Below are positions 38,041 to 46,269 of a stretch of DNA of 64,000 nucleotides, piece after piece; the first letter of the stretch is position 1; each line of letters begins with the position of its first letter. The position numbers were made by a program, and so were the translations under genes. Source of the DNA: a virus. The DNA lies in the IMG/VR virus record IMGVR_UViG_3300009164_000039; one strand, given 5' to 3'. The notes beneath the pieces are model-generated. The model worked only from the letters and a program-made list of their open reading frames with translations, was not told where the DNA came from and did no database searches.

Positions 38041-39100
38041 TATAGTCGCACACAGAAATCACATCACGGTGGCTCATTTGTGCATGTACAGGCAAACTCA
38101 AGCAACTGGCAGCTAGGTTTTCACTCACTGGTAAACTGAGATTGGTTAGGTATACCGGCTGTTGATGCATGGCACGTGGAAACTGTATGCCTGTTTCTAC
38201 GCCATGGTATGCCAGATACTGTTTCAATTCATCACGTTCATTGGTAGTGATCACAAACTGATTGTACACATGACTGCTCACAGGGTTAGTTGCTGGCAAA
38301 TCAATTTCTGTCACAAATGCCAGCTCTCCGCGATATACACTGGCATGCTCTTGCCTACGTAGATTCCAATCATGCAAGTACGGTATCTTGGCATGTAGCA
38401 CAGCCGCTTGCAAGCCATCCAAGCGTTCATTCCAACCACGCACAAGATGCTTGTACTTTTCCAGCCTTCCGTGATCACGTAGCATCCTGACCAAGTGACA
38501 CATCTCCTCACTGCCTGTTACTGCACCAGCATCGCCCATGGCACTGAGATTCTTGCCTGGATAAAAACTAAAGCAAGTGGCATACACTAGGTCACCAACA
38601 AAACGATCAATATATTGGCACCCTGCACTTTGTGCGGCATCTTCAATGAGTGGGATATCCCCGGCGATAGTCTTGAGTGCATCAATGTCTAGTGTTTGTC
38701 CGTACAAGTCAACAAACACAATAGCCTTGGTACTGGTATTGAGTAACCCAGCCACGGCGGCTAGGTCTAGAGTGTAGTAACGTGGATCAATATCAACAAA
38801 CACAGGCGTAGCACCCAATTGGCTGACCACTTCAGCAGTGCTGATAAAACTCATTGTTGGCACAATCACTTCATCACCGGGCCCTATGCCCAAGCTATCC
38901 AATGCCAGCATCAGCGCACTGGTACCACTGCTGACTCCAGCGCAGGCTCTGCTTTGTGTGTGCTCTGCCCAGTCCTGTTCAAATGCCAGTACCTCTGGAC
39001 CATTGATGTAACTGCTGTTCTTGATGCAACGGGCCATGGCAGTGTCCACGTCCTTGCGACACTCTAGGTACTCTTTGTGTAGGTCTGCGTACTTGATCAT
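37985..39100 (-). CDS. DegT/DnrJ/EryC1/StrS PLP sugar aminotransferase, DesV/FdtB-like (3-aminotransferase group)
   Basis: 'SSGTSAL', 'GDEVIVP', 'EDAAQ', 'FSFYPGKNLSAMGDAGAV', 'KYKH...GWNERLDGLQAAVL'. ATG 39100 is ATGA-coupled to the upstream gene. Confidence 0.85.
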   Translation of the reverse strand: MIKYADLHKEYLECRKDVDTAMARCIKNSSYINGPEVLAFEQDWAEHTQSRACAGVSSGTSALMLALDSLGIGPGDEVIVPTMSFISTAEVVSQLGATPVFVDIDPRYYTLDLAAVAGLLNTSTKAIVFVDLYGQTLDIDALKTIAGDIPLIEDAAQSAGCQYIDRFVGDLVYATCFSFYPGKNLSAMGDAGAVTGSEEMCHLVRMLRDHGRLEKYKHLVRGWNERLDGLQAAVLHAKIPYLHDWNLRRQEHASVYRGELAFVTEIDLPATNPVSSHVYNQFVITTNERDELKQYLAYHGVETGIQFPRAMHQQPVYLTNLSLPVSENLAASCLSLPVHAQMSHRDVISVCDYIKKFFRKDYSSVHVTISN

Positions 39101-40470
39101 GCTCGTGACACCACTGGGCCTTGACTCCAAGGAATGCCAAAATCCAAATCGTCTCTTGCTTGATTTATCAGTATGCTAACCACATGATCAAATGCATCCA
39201 AAAAGCCCACATCCATTGGCATGGGCTTGACTGTCTTGTGTTGATCGACCCAGTGTTGCGTCACACGGGTAACACTGCTGTCTTCTACGTTGCCAATGAT
39301 GTAACGGTCAGCACCTGGGCGATCCAGGAACCCTGTTTCGTGATACATGTACACATCACCTTTTACATCCACTGCCACGCTCACTTGCGGAAAGCCGTGT
39401 GGCACCAGTTCCTGCCAGTCTATCATACGCAGTTGCCCAACATCACGACCGTAACGCAAGGGTTCTAGCGCATAGCCAAAATCAAAATGTGTGGGCCACT
39501 GGTGTTGAAACTCGCTTACTTGTGCAAACATACCCATGAGCTTTTCACGTTCTTCTGCACCCAGCACACGTATGTTCTGACTGAAGTCTTCACGTAGTGT
39601 AACAAAGTCCACGGGCCTGTTGGCAGTGCGATTGATATGTTCTATTACCTTTAGCAGTTCTAATACGTCTTGACTGTGGCCTGGCAGGATGATGTAGTTG
39701 ACGCCGACCTTGACTCCGGGTGCGGCATTGATATATCCAATGATGTTTTTGATCACGTGATCAAAACTCTGACGATTCTTGGTAACTGCAAATGCTTTGT
39801 TTGCCGTGGTACCGTATAAACTAAAACGCACAGCTTCTAGATCTCGCATGCCTGGGTGCTTGTGCAGATACGCATCAGTCATCATGTTGCCATTGGTATA
39901 CAACTGCATCTTGAATCCACGGCCAGCACCGTAACTGATAATCTCTCCAAGGTACGGATTGGTTAACGGCTCTAGGCCGCCGCTGATGCGAAAGCGGTCC
40001 TGCCACATGGGATCGGTTTTGGGGTCTTGGTCAATTATTTGAAAGAACAAGTCACGGCCGATTTGTGCATAGTCTGTGTCATACTTGGCCACAGGGTTAC
40101 GTCCACAAAAGCCACAATAGAACATGCAACTGAGTCCTGTATAAAGACCCACACGATTAGGATATGCCCAGTGATGATTGAATGCTGCCTGTAGTGTGCC
40201 AGATGCCAGCAACGGTGCAATGGTATTGGTCCAGTACTTGGTGCCTACACCACTGTGCAGTATCTGTTGTTGTGCCCACGCACTGGCACGTATTTCTGCA
40301 ATGGCTGATAGGTGACTTTGTTTGTCAATTGCAAAACGTTCAGCAATGGATCGTTGAGTAACAAACGGATCGTTACTCATTGCATCTACAATTATTTTTG
40401 CATGATAGCTCAGTTCAGTTGGCGCAACTAAATCTGATACTGCGCTGTGGTGTTGATAACCTAAGCGCAT
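39097..40470 (-). CDS. desII: Radical SAM dTDP-4-amino-4,6-dideoxy-D-glucose ammonia-lyase homologue (DesII)
   Basis: 'YW.NTI.PL', 'VGLY.G.SCMFYCGFC', 'SGGLEPLTNP', 'LYTN', 'SLYG', 'YIILPG', 'DFVTLREDFS', 'DFGYAL', 'PQV.V.VD..GDVY.Y.E.GF...GA.RYI.G', 'D.FD.VV' match Streptomyces DesII motifs in order over the whole length. Confidence 0.85.
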   Translation of the reverse strand: MRLGYQHHSAVSDLVAPTELSYHAKIIVDAMSNDPFVTQRSIAERFAIDKQSHLSAIAEIRASAWAQQQILHSGVGTKYWTNTIAPLLASGTLQAAFNHHWAYPNRVGLYTGLSCMFYCGFCGRNPVAKYDTDYAQIGRDLFFQIIDQDPKTDPMWQDRFRISGGLEPLTNPYLGEIISYGAGRGFKMQLYTNGNMMTDAYLHKHPGMRDLEAVRFSLYGTTANKAFAVTKNRQSFDHVIKNIIGYINAAPGVKVGVNYIILPGHSQDVLELLKVIEHINRTANRPVDFVTLREDFSQNIRVLGAEEREKLMGMFAQVSEFQHQWPTHFDFGYALEPLRYGRDVGQLRMIDWQELVPHGFPQVSVAVDVKGDVYMYHETGFLDRPGADRYIIGNVEDSSVTRVTQHWVDQHKTVKPMPMDVGFLDAFDHVVSILINQARDDLDFGIPWSQGPVVSRA

Positions 40471-40473
40471 GAC

Positions 40474-41433
40474 TTATCCTTGATGGTAAGGAAAGTTTTT
40501 AAGCCAGTTGTAGTACAGTTGAAATCCTTCTTCAATGTCTACCTTGGGATCAAACCCAAAGTCTTGTCTTGCGGCATTGATGTTCAGCGCACCACGGCTA
40601 GGGAAGTCTGCATCTTTTTCACGCACTTCAATTGTGCCACGGCCAACAATCTTGCATGCCAGTTGTGCGGCCTCGTACAAGGTCTTGCTGTGGCTCTTGG
40701 TAATGTTGTAGATCCGGTTGTTGGATTCTTTGCTGACAGTGGCAGCAACAATACCGTCAGCGGCATCTCCCACATAGGTAAAATCCAGGGTTTCATTCAT
40801 GCCGTTGACCTTTAGTGTACCACCGCGCATGGCAGTGAGCACAAACTTGCTGATCACACGGTCCTCCACATCCAGTTCACCGTACACAGCACTGGGTCGA
40901 ATAACAGTGTATACCATGCCGGTCTTGCGAGCATAATCTTTAACCAACCATTCTCCGGCCAGCTTCATGATACCGTACTGTCCTTGTGGCTGACAGAGGT
41001 AGTCTTCTGTGACATCGTTATCAAAGTCTCCGTAGACCATGCTAGAGCTGATGTACACAAATTTGCACACTTGAAAATCTTTTGCACATTCCAACAGGTT
41101 AAGCAAACCTTCACTCATGGTTCTAGAACCCAGTTGTGGATTGACGTTGACTACTTTCTGGCGCGGGAAACTTGCAAGATGAATCACTGTGTCTGGCCGG
41201 TAGGTTTCAAAGATCCAACGCATGCCATCACGGTCACTGATGTCCACAGCATGTATACGAGTTGTGGCAATCTTCTTTAGTCGTTCAGGCATTAGGCTGT
41301 TGAGTTCAGCTTGTGGCACAAGTCCATACGTGGTACGTGTGTCTGTAATAAACACTTCGTGCCCTTGGGCTTCAAGTCGTTGCACCACATTGTGCCCAAT
41401 CAATCCCAATCCGCCAGTTACTAGTATTCTCAT
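40474..41433 (-). CDS. NAD-dependent epimerase/dehydratase (extended SDR)
   Basis: 'TGGLGLIG', 'HLAS', 'SSSMVYG', 'YGIMK' (YxxxK), 'LDFTYVGD'. Confidence 0.9.
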   Translation of the reverse strand: MRILVTGGLGLIGHNVVQRLEAQGHEVFITDTRTTYGLVPQAELNSLMPERLKKIATTRIHAVDISDRDGMRWIFETYRPDTVIHLASFPRQKVVNVNPQLGSRTMSEGLLNLLECAKDFQVCKFVYISSSMVYGDFDNDVTEDYLCQPQGQYGIMKLAGEWLVKDYARKTGMVYTVIRPSAVYGELDVEDRVISKFVLTAMRGGTLKVNGMNETLDFTYVGDAADGIVAATVSKESNNRIYNITKSHSKTLYEAAQLACKIVGRGTIEVREKDADFPSRGALNINAARQDFGFDPKVDIEEGFQLYYNWLKNFPYHQG

Positions 41434-41434
41434 A

Positions 41435-41674
41435 TCACATCCATTTCAACCTATAATAGGTTGCATATTTTTCTTCACGGAACTCGCCTACAATACGCAC
41501 ACGATACCCATAGCTGATAGCATCGGGATCGCAGTAGAATGTGGGTGGCTCTTTGGCATGTTCCATCACAAACTTGCCTTGCTCGGTATCCTGCCATTCG
41601 CCAAGAGGAAATGCCGCATACAAATACGGATCCTCTACATCTCCCATGGTGAACTCATGCAAGAGCATTTTCAT
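41435..41674 (-). CDS. Hypothetical protein
   Basis: 79-aa ORF ATGA-coupled to thyA. Confidence 0.7.
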   Translation of the reverse strand: MKMLLHEFTMGDVEDPYLYAAFPLGEWQDTEQGKFVMEHAKEPPTFYCDPDAISYGYRVRIVGEFREEKYATYYRLKWM

Positions 41675-42585
41675 ACTGCCATTGGAGCTGAAATGGGCTC
41701 GTGATACGTGTAGTCACGCAGTTCAATGTCTGCCATGGTGAACTTGGTGATGTCTTTCACAGCAGGGTTTAACCATAAGGTCGGAAGCGGGTATGGTTCG
41801 CGTTCTAGTTGTGTCTTTACCTGCTCCACGTGATTGAGATATATGTGAGCGTCTCCGAGAACGTGAACGAACTCGCCTACTTCAAAACCGCACACTTGAG
41901 CAATCATATGTGTGAGTAGGGAATAGGACGCTATGTTGAAAGGCACGCCTAAGAACATGTCGCAGGAACGCTGATACATTTGACAACTCAACCGACCTTT
42001 GGAATCGACGTAAAACTGTGACAAGACGTGGCACGGTGGCAAGGCCATAGATTCTAATTCTCCAGGGTTCCAAGCAGATAATATATGTCGTCGTCCGTAC
42101 GGGTCTCTATATAGACCGTCTATTAACAGTTTCAATTGATCAGTTTCAGTTTCGTGTACACCACCGGCCACACTGAAGTAGCTGCCGTAGCTGTCTTTGA
42201 AACTGCCTGCACGTGCATGTCGTGCAGTTTTCCAGTGGCGCCATTGTACCCCATACACACGGCCTAGGTCGCCTGGAAACTGTGCTTTGGGTTTCCAGTA
42301 GTCTGCTGTGGCATTGGCAGACCAGATGGTTGTCTTGCTAGACTCGGCGCTACCATGTAATATCTCTCGCAGCCGCTTCTCGTCCCCTGATCCTTCAATG
42401 AACCACAGCAGTTCTGAAACCACGCTTTTCCAAGCCAGCTTCTTTGTTGTCACAGCAGGAAAGCCGTGTGCTAGATTGTATCGTTGTTGCATGCCAAATA
42501 GGCCAATGGTACCTGTACCGGTGCGATCTTGTCGCTCTTCGCCAGTGTCAAGTATCTGTTGTAGGGCGTTGTGGTAAGTCTTCAT
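41671..42585 (-). CDS. thyA: Thymidylate synthase
   Basis: 'DRTGTGT', 'ELLWFIEGS', 'DLGRVYGVQWR', 'AWNP', 'LPPCH', 'YQRSCDMFLGVPFNIASY', 'GDAHIYLNH'. Confidence 0.98.
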   Translation of the reverse strand: MKTYHNALQQILDTGEERQDRTGTGTIGLFGMQQRYNLAHGFPAVTTKKLAWKSVVSELLWFIEGSGDEKRLREILHGSAESSKTTIWSANATADYWKPKAQFPGDLGRVYGVQWRHWKTARHARAGSFKDSYGSYFSVAGGVHETETDQLKLLIDGLYRDPYGRRHILSAWNPGELESMALPPCHVLSQFYVDSKGRLSCQMYQRSCDMFLGVPFNIASYSLLTHMIAQVCGFEVGEFVHVLGDAHIYLNHVEQVKTQLEREPYPLPTLWLNPAVKDITKFTMADIELRDYTYHEPISAPMAV

Positions 42586-43081
42586 ATAGTGGTAAAATGT
42601 TCCTGTATGTCATGAAATTGCAAGACCGGTCTTCACTGGGACATGCACTGGTTGCACGAAAGCCAATCAGGAAGTCTCGCATGTTTATCCTGGTGTCTGA
42701 TCTGTAATTGCCTTTTATGTGTGTGACATATAGATTATTACATATAACGCGACAAACTTCAAGTATTTCTTTACCACCAATCACCCAAATTGTTTTACCA
42801 GAGAACTCTTTGTGTAGTGCAAGAACTTCGCTTAGTACATCGCCTGAGATTGTGCGTACACCAAGTCGACGTGGGTTGGTAGTGACAACTACATTTATTC
42901 TGTTTGGGAGTGGTCGATATTTTGCTGGCAAGCTATCCCAGGTGCGACGGCCCATTACAACAACTCCATTGCTAGTGAGTTCTTGAAAACGGGCCATGTC
43001 TTCGGATATGTTGGGCCAGGGCAAGGCTTGGTTAAAGCCTATACTGCCATTATAGTCAACAGCGAAGATAGCATTGATCAT
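42548..43081 (-). CDS. folA: Dihydrofolate reductase
   Basis: 'IG...LPW...ED...F...T', 'VVMGRRTWDSLP', 'PLPNRINVV', 'WVIGG'. Confidence 0.95.
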   Translation of the reverse strand: MINAIFAVDYNGSIGFNQALPWPNISEDMARFQELTSNGVVVMGRRTWDSLPAKYRPLPNRINVVVTTNPRRLGVRTISGDVLSEVLALHKEFSGKTIWVIGGKEILEVCRVICNNLYVTHIKGNYRSDTRINMRDFLIGFRATSACPSEDRSCNFMTYRNILPLYEDLPQRPTTDT

Positions 43082-43404
43082 AAGTTTTTAAGAAAGTCGT
43101 CAGTGATTGGTTGAACTGTTTGGGCCACACTGTCAAGGCTGATGTGAAAATCCACGTCCTTGATAATGTTGTCCAATGCTGCCAATCGAGTGTTGAGCAT
43201 TTGCTCTAGTTCATTTGGGTCAACACCTTCATCCAATAACTCTCTAATGTTAACATCTACTTGGGTACCATCTACTAGATTCACTACCACGTGATCCAGC
43301 ATTGTGACTGGTACTTCTTTTTTGTTAATCCCTCGAACAATCTGTTCCCATCTTTCTCTGTCGTTTATTTTAATCCGCTTTGACTTTTTTCTTGGTGGCG
43401 GCAT
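43078..43404 (-). CDS. Hypothetical protein
   Basis: 108-aa ORF ATGA-coupled to folA. Confidence 0.7.
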   Translation of the reverse strand: MPPPRKKSKRIKINDRERWEQIVRGINKKEVPVTMLDHVVVNLVDGTQVDVNIRELLDEGVDPNELEQMLNTRLAALDNIIKDVDFHISLDSVAQTVQPITDDFLKNL

Positions 43405-44026
43405 TTTTTACCTTAGGCGTTGGTACAAGTTGAGAAGCTTCAGTAACTAAACGTTCTGCTTCGGCGATTAACATGGCAGCTTCTTTTTTCATTTTATCTG
43501 CTTGTGACAAACGCTGGGCGGCAAGGTCGGCATCACTTAGTGTTTCTACCACAGTGCCAGGAATAGCCTTGTCTGCTGTTCTAGCAGTGTCGCCTAGGTC
43601 TCTACCTGGTCTGGCCTTTTGCTTGCCTGTTGCGCCTTGAGCGGCATCAAGTTCGGCAAGTCGTTTGATTGCACTTTCGCCTTGCTCCATCTCTTTAAGG
43701 ATTTTGTTCAGTTCGTCAAGACGAACATTTGATTTGCCTGTTGGTGTGACAATAACTTGATTTGTGGGCACCTTCTTGATCATGCCTTCTTTGTGCAACA
43801 CTTCAAGACAGTTACGACCGTCTGCCATGGTCACGCGGAATAGAGCATCTGAAAATTCCTTGGCCTGTTGACCTACTGGACTTTCCAAACACTTCATGAT
43901 CTCGTCATGAATCAAACGGGGAAGTACTTCACCGTATGTTACCAGGGCCATGTGATCTTCGCCTGGTACCTCTCTGAATAGAATTACGACCTTACGGTCG
44001 TTGTGTTTACCGACGTGCTTTAGCAT
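43370..44026 (-). CDS. Hypothetical protein with C-terminal coiled coil
   Basis: ATG 44026 preceded by AGGAGA; the ORF-track start at 44137 lies inside the upstream gene. Confidence 0.7.
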   Translation of the reverse strand: MLKHVGKHNDRKVVILFREVPGEDHMALVTYGEVLPRLIHDEIMKCLESPVGQQAKEFSDALFRVTMADGRNCLEVLHKEGMIKKVPTNQVIVTPTGKSNVRLDELNKILKEMEQGESAIKRLAELDAAQGATGKQKARPGRDLGDTARTADKAIPGTVVETLSDADLAAQRLSQADKMKKEAAMLIAEAERLVTEASQLVPTPKVKNAATKKKVKAD

Positions 44027-44303
44027 TTGATTTCTCCTTGGTGTTTGTGGCAACTGGTGCAGGTGCAGGCACAGGGGCCTCTTCTGCTGGTGCTGGTAGT
44101 GTTTTGCTAATTGCTCCTGTGCCTTCAAGGAATGCAATTAGGCGTGTGTATAGGGATCCAACTTGAAGCAAGTCTTCAGCGCGGAACACACCTCTGCCAG
44201 TACTCATTTGAATGATCTGTGCAACCAGCACTAGATCTTGCAAGGTAAGGCCTTGCGGTTGTGTTTGAGCCTGGGGCTCGTTTTGAACGGTTTGCTCGGG
44301 CAT
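44007..44303 (-). CDS. Hypothetical protein
   Basis: ATG 44303 preceded by GGAGA; TAAATA at 44333-44338 upstream. Confidence 0.65.
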   Translation of the reverse strand: MPEQTVQNEPQAQTQPQGLTLQDLVLVAQIIQMSTGRGVFRAEDLLQVGSLYTRLIAFLEGTGAISKTLPAPAEEAPVPAPAPVATNTKEKSNAKARR

Positions 44304-44332
44304 TGATATCTCCAAATATTTTGAATGCAAAG

Positions 44333-44338
44333 TATTTA
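44333..44338 (-). promoter_or_regulatory. Late promoter core TAAATA
   Basis: Intergenic CTTAAATA on the - strand, upstream of the operon that runs through folA/thyA and the sugar genes. Confidence 0.5.
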
Positions 44339-44367
44339 AGATATCGATTAAGTGCTAATAAATTTTC

Positions 44368-44652
44368 TTACCAAGATGTATTTGGTTGATTTATCTGATC
44401 CAGGAACAGCCCAAAATAACTGGCTTCGCTATGCAGTTCAAAACTTACTTTGGCACTTTTATGAACATGCTGTTTGTCGTCTAGGTAATAGTGTTCGCCA
44501 AAGAAGAAACGACCATACAGATTTTCATAGATCCAATCTGTAATGATCTTTTCTGTTGTGCGCAGGTCAAACACCACACTTTCAAAGTGAGGCGGCGCAT
44601 GCTCTATGCGGCGCAGTCCAAACACGTTCAACGGGTTGACATCTTGTAGCAT
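44368..44652 (-). CDS. Hypothetical protein
   Basis: 94-aa ORF abutting its neighbour. Confidence 0.65.
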   Translation of the reverse strand: MLQDVNPLNVFGLRRIEHAPPHFESVVFDLRTTEKIITDWIYENLYGRFFFGEHYYLDDKQHVHKSAKVSFELHSEASYFGLFLDQINQPNTSW

Positions 44653-44909
44653 TATTTTTGCGACAAGATATCAACTACCTGGCGCTTTTCCTTTTGGTAA
44701 CGTAGCCAAGCATCTCGGACACCGTCCCAGAACATCCATTTCAGCATGTAGCTAAAAATAAAAAGCAATGGCGCAACTATTAGGTAGGGCTTGTAAGGCT
44801 CAGAGGCCGAAACACCTGCTCCAAAAATAAAGGCGCACACGATCCAGCCCTTTTGCCAGAACTCCCACTTGCGCCATTGCCACAGCAAAAAGTAAAATAC
44901 TTCTTTCAT
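44652..44909 (-). CDS. Small membrane protein
   Basis: Two hydrophobic segments; TAATG coupling to the VWA gene. Confidence 0.65.
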   Translation of the reverse strand: MKEVFYFLLWQWRKWEFWQKGWIVCAFIFGAGVSASEPYKPYLIVAPLLFIFSYMLKWMFWDGVRDAWLRYQKEKRQVVDILSQK

Positions 44910-46189
44910 TAGTTCTCCACTTGTTCGTAGTGTGCCCAGATACCAAACTCAGGTTCTGCACTGGTGTTGCCTTTGATGATCCATACCGTGTCACAGTAGT
45001 TCTCAACTTCCTCGGGGCTCCACCCAAAGAAGCAGAAGTCAGTGAACATGATCAGCTTGTTGGGCTCAATTTCGTTTTCACGCAAGAACTCCCAAACACA
45101 GTGAGGATCAGTACCACCACCACCACCTGGCTCATACTCCATGATATCTGCCATGTTGTCGCTTGTGAACTCTTGCAAGTTGTACACCGCAGTGTCCCAA
45201 GTGATAACACGAATGCGATACTCGTCATAGCTCTCCATGATACCTTTCACTTCACTCAGGAAGATCTTGATATCGTTTTCGCTAATTGAACCCGAAGTGT
45301 CAATTGCCACAACCACATCCACAGTGTTACCTGGCTTCATGCCTGGCATGATAGCATCCATGTGCCAGCTCTTGCGGTTGGGACGAGACCATGTAAAGTC
45401 GTTCTTGAATGTGCTTTCAATTTGCATTTGTAGCAGTTCGCGCCAGTCCATCTTGGACTCAGTCAAGTCTTTGATCAGACGTTGAACACCTGCGGGCAAG
45501 TTACCTGCACCTGCTTGTTGTGCGGCATTGAGCACAGCCTGACGGATCTCGTCTTTGATCTCTTGCTTTTCCTCTTCGGTCAGTCGTGGGCGGCCGTTAC
45601 CTGGCTTGTCACCATCTCCGTCTCCGTCTCCGTCACCTTCGCCTTCACCGTTGCCGTCCAAGTGTTCGTCCAACAGCATGCCTGCCAATTGATCCAGTGT
45701 GACTTGTTTCACGTTCTTCATCAAGTCATCATACACTTCTTCATATGCCATGCCGCGGTACTTGGGCTCATACAGCATGGGTACCACGTTGATGCGCTCG
45801 CCAACCTTTTGGTCAATCAAGTCTGCATTAACGCAATAGTCTGCGGCAATGTTAGAGATCTTAGGATGACGATCCTGACGTCGGCCCATGTGATCGTATA
45901 CAGCATGGAGCACCTCGTGTCCAAACAAGAACTCCACTTGTTTGGCAGGCAGTTTGTTGATGAACTCACTGCAATAGTAGAAGTTACGTCCGTCTGTGGC
46001 CGCAGTGCTCAACCAGTCGTCGGCATTGATCAGCTTCATACGTGTGGCAAGGTTGCCAAAGAACGGCGCCTTGAGTAACAGTGCAATACGAGCAGTGATC
46101 AGCTTCTCACGTGCAATCAGATCAATCTTGGGATCTGTTACAATCTTTGCTTTGGTTTTTTCTGTTGCTGTGGTTGTGTTATTAGACAT
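44909..46189 (-). CDS. DUF2201-type putative metallopeptidase with C-terminal VWA domain
   Basis: 'TAATDG', HExxH 'HEVLH', 'A.DY.VN', GE/GD-rich linker, MIDAS-like 'AIDTSGSI', 'GGGGTD', 'FTD'. Confidence 0.9.
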   Translation of the reverse strand: MSNNTTTATEKTKAKIVTDPKIDLIAREKLITARIALLLKAPFFGNLATRMKLINADDWLSTAATDGRNFYYCSEFINKLPAKQVEFLFGHEVLHAVYDHMGRRQDRHPKISNIAADYCVNADLIDQKVGERINVVPMLYEPKYRGMAYEEVYDDLMKNVKQVTLDQLAGMLLDEHLDGNGEGEGDGDGDGDGDKPGNGRPRLTEEEKQEIKDEIRQAVLNAAQQAGAGNLPAGVQRLIKDLTESKMDWRELLQMQIESTFKNDFTWSRPNRKSWHMDAIMPGMKPGNTVDVVVAIDTSGSISENDIKIFLSEVKGIMESYDEYRIRVITWDTAVYNLQEFTSDNMADIMEYEPGGGGGTDPHCVWEFLRENEIEPNKLIMFTDFCFFGWSPEEVENYCDTVWIIKGNTSAEPEFGIWAHYEQVEN

Positions 46190-46214
46190 TCAGGCTCCTG
46201 TGTTGTATATAGTT

Positions 46215-46243
46215 ATTATACAATTTACTGCAATTTACGTCAA
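46215..46243 (-). promoter_or_regulatory. sigma70-type promoter
   Basis: TTGACG-17 nt-TATAAT; SD AGGAG before ATG 46189. Confidence 0.8.
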
Positions 46244-46268
46244 CACAGGGGCCTCGGCCCCTGTGTTG
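46241..46268. terminator. 12-bp GC-rich hairpin after the AAA gene stop, overlapping the -35 box
   Basis: CAACACAGGGGC-CTCG-GCCCCTGTGTTG; no clear U tract on the - strand. Confidence 0.55.
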
Positions 46269-46269
46269 T

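Noticed and set aside
40474-41433. Calling the SDR an RmlB/DesIV dTDP-glucose 4,6-dehydratase to complete the desosamine pathway
   Set aside because: It has SSSMVYG, not the TDEVYG catalytic motif of RmlB, so it looks more like a 4-epimerase. The 4-keto-6-deoxy precursor probably comes from the host or another locus.
41800-42140. Patch of atypical codons in thyA and an alternate-frame ORF (41882..42073)
   Set aside because: The alternate ORF has no SD, no TM and no recognisable motif. There is no intron or intein and thyA is continuous. Recombination with a foreign thyA could explain it.
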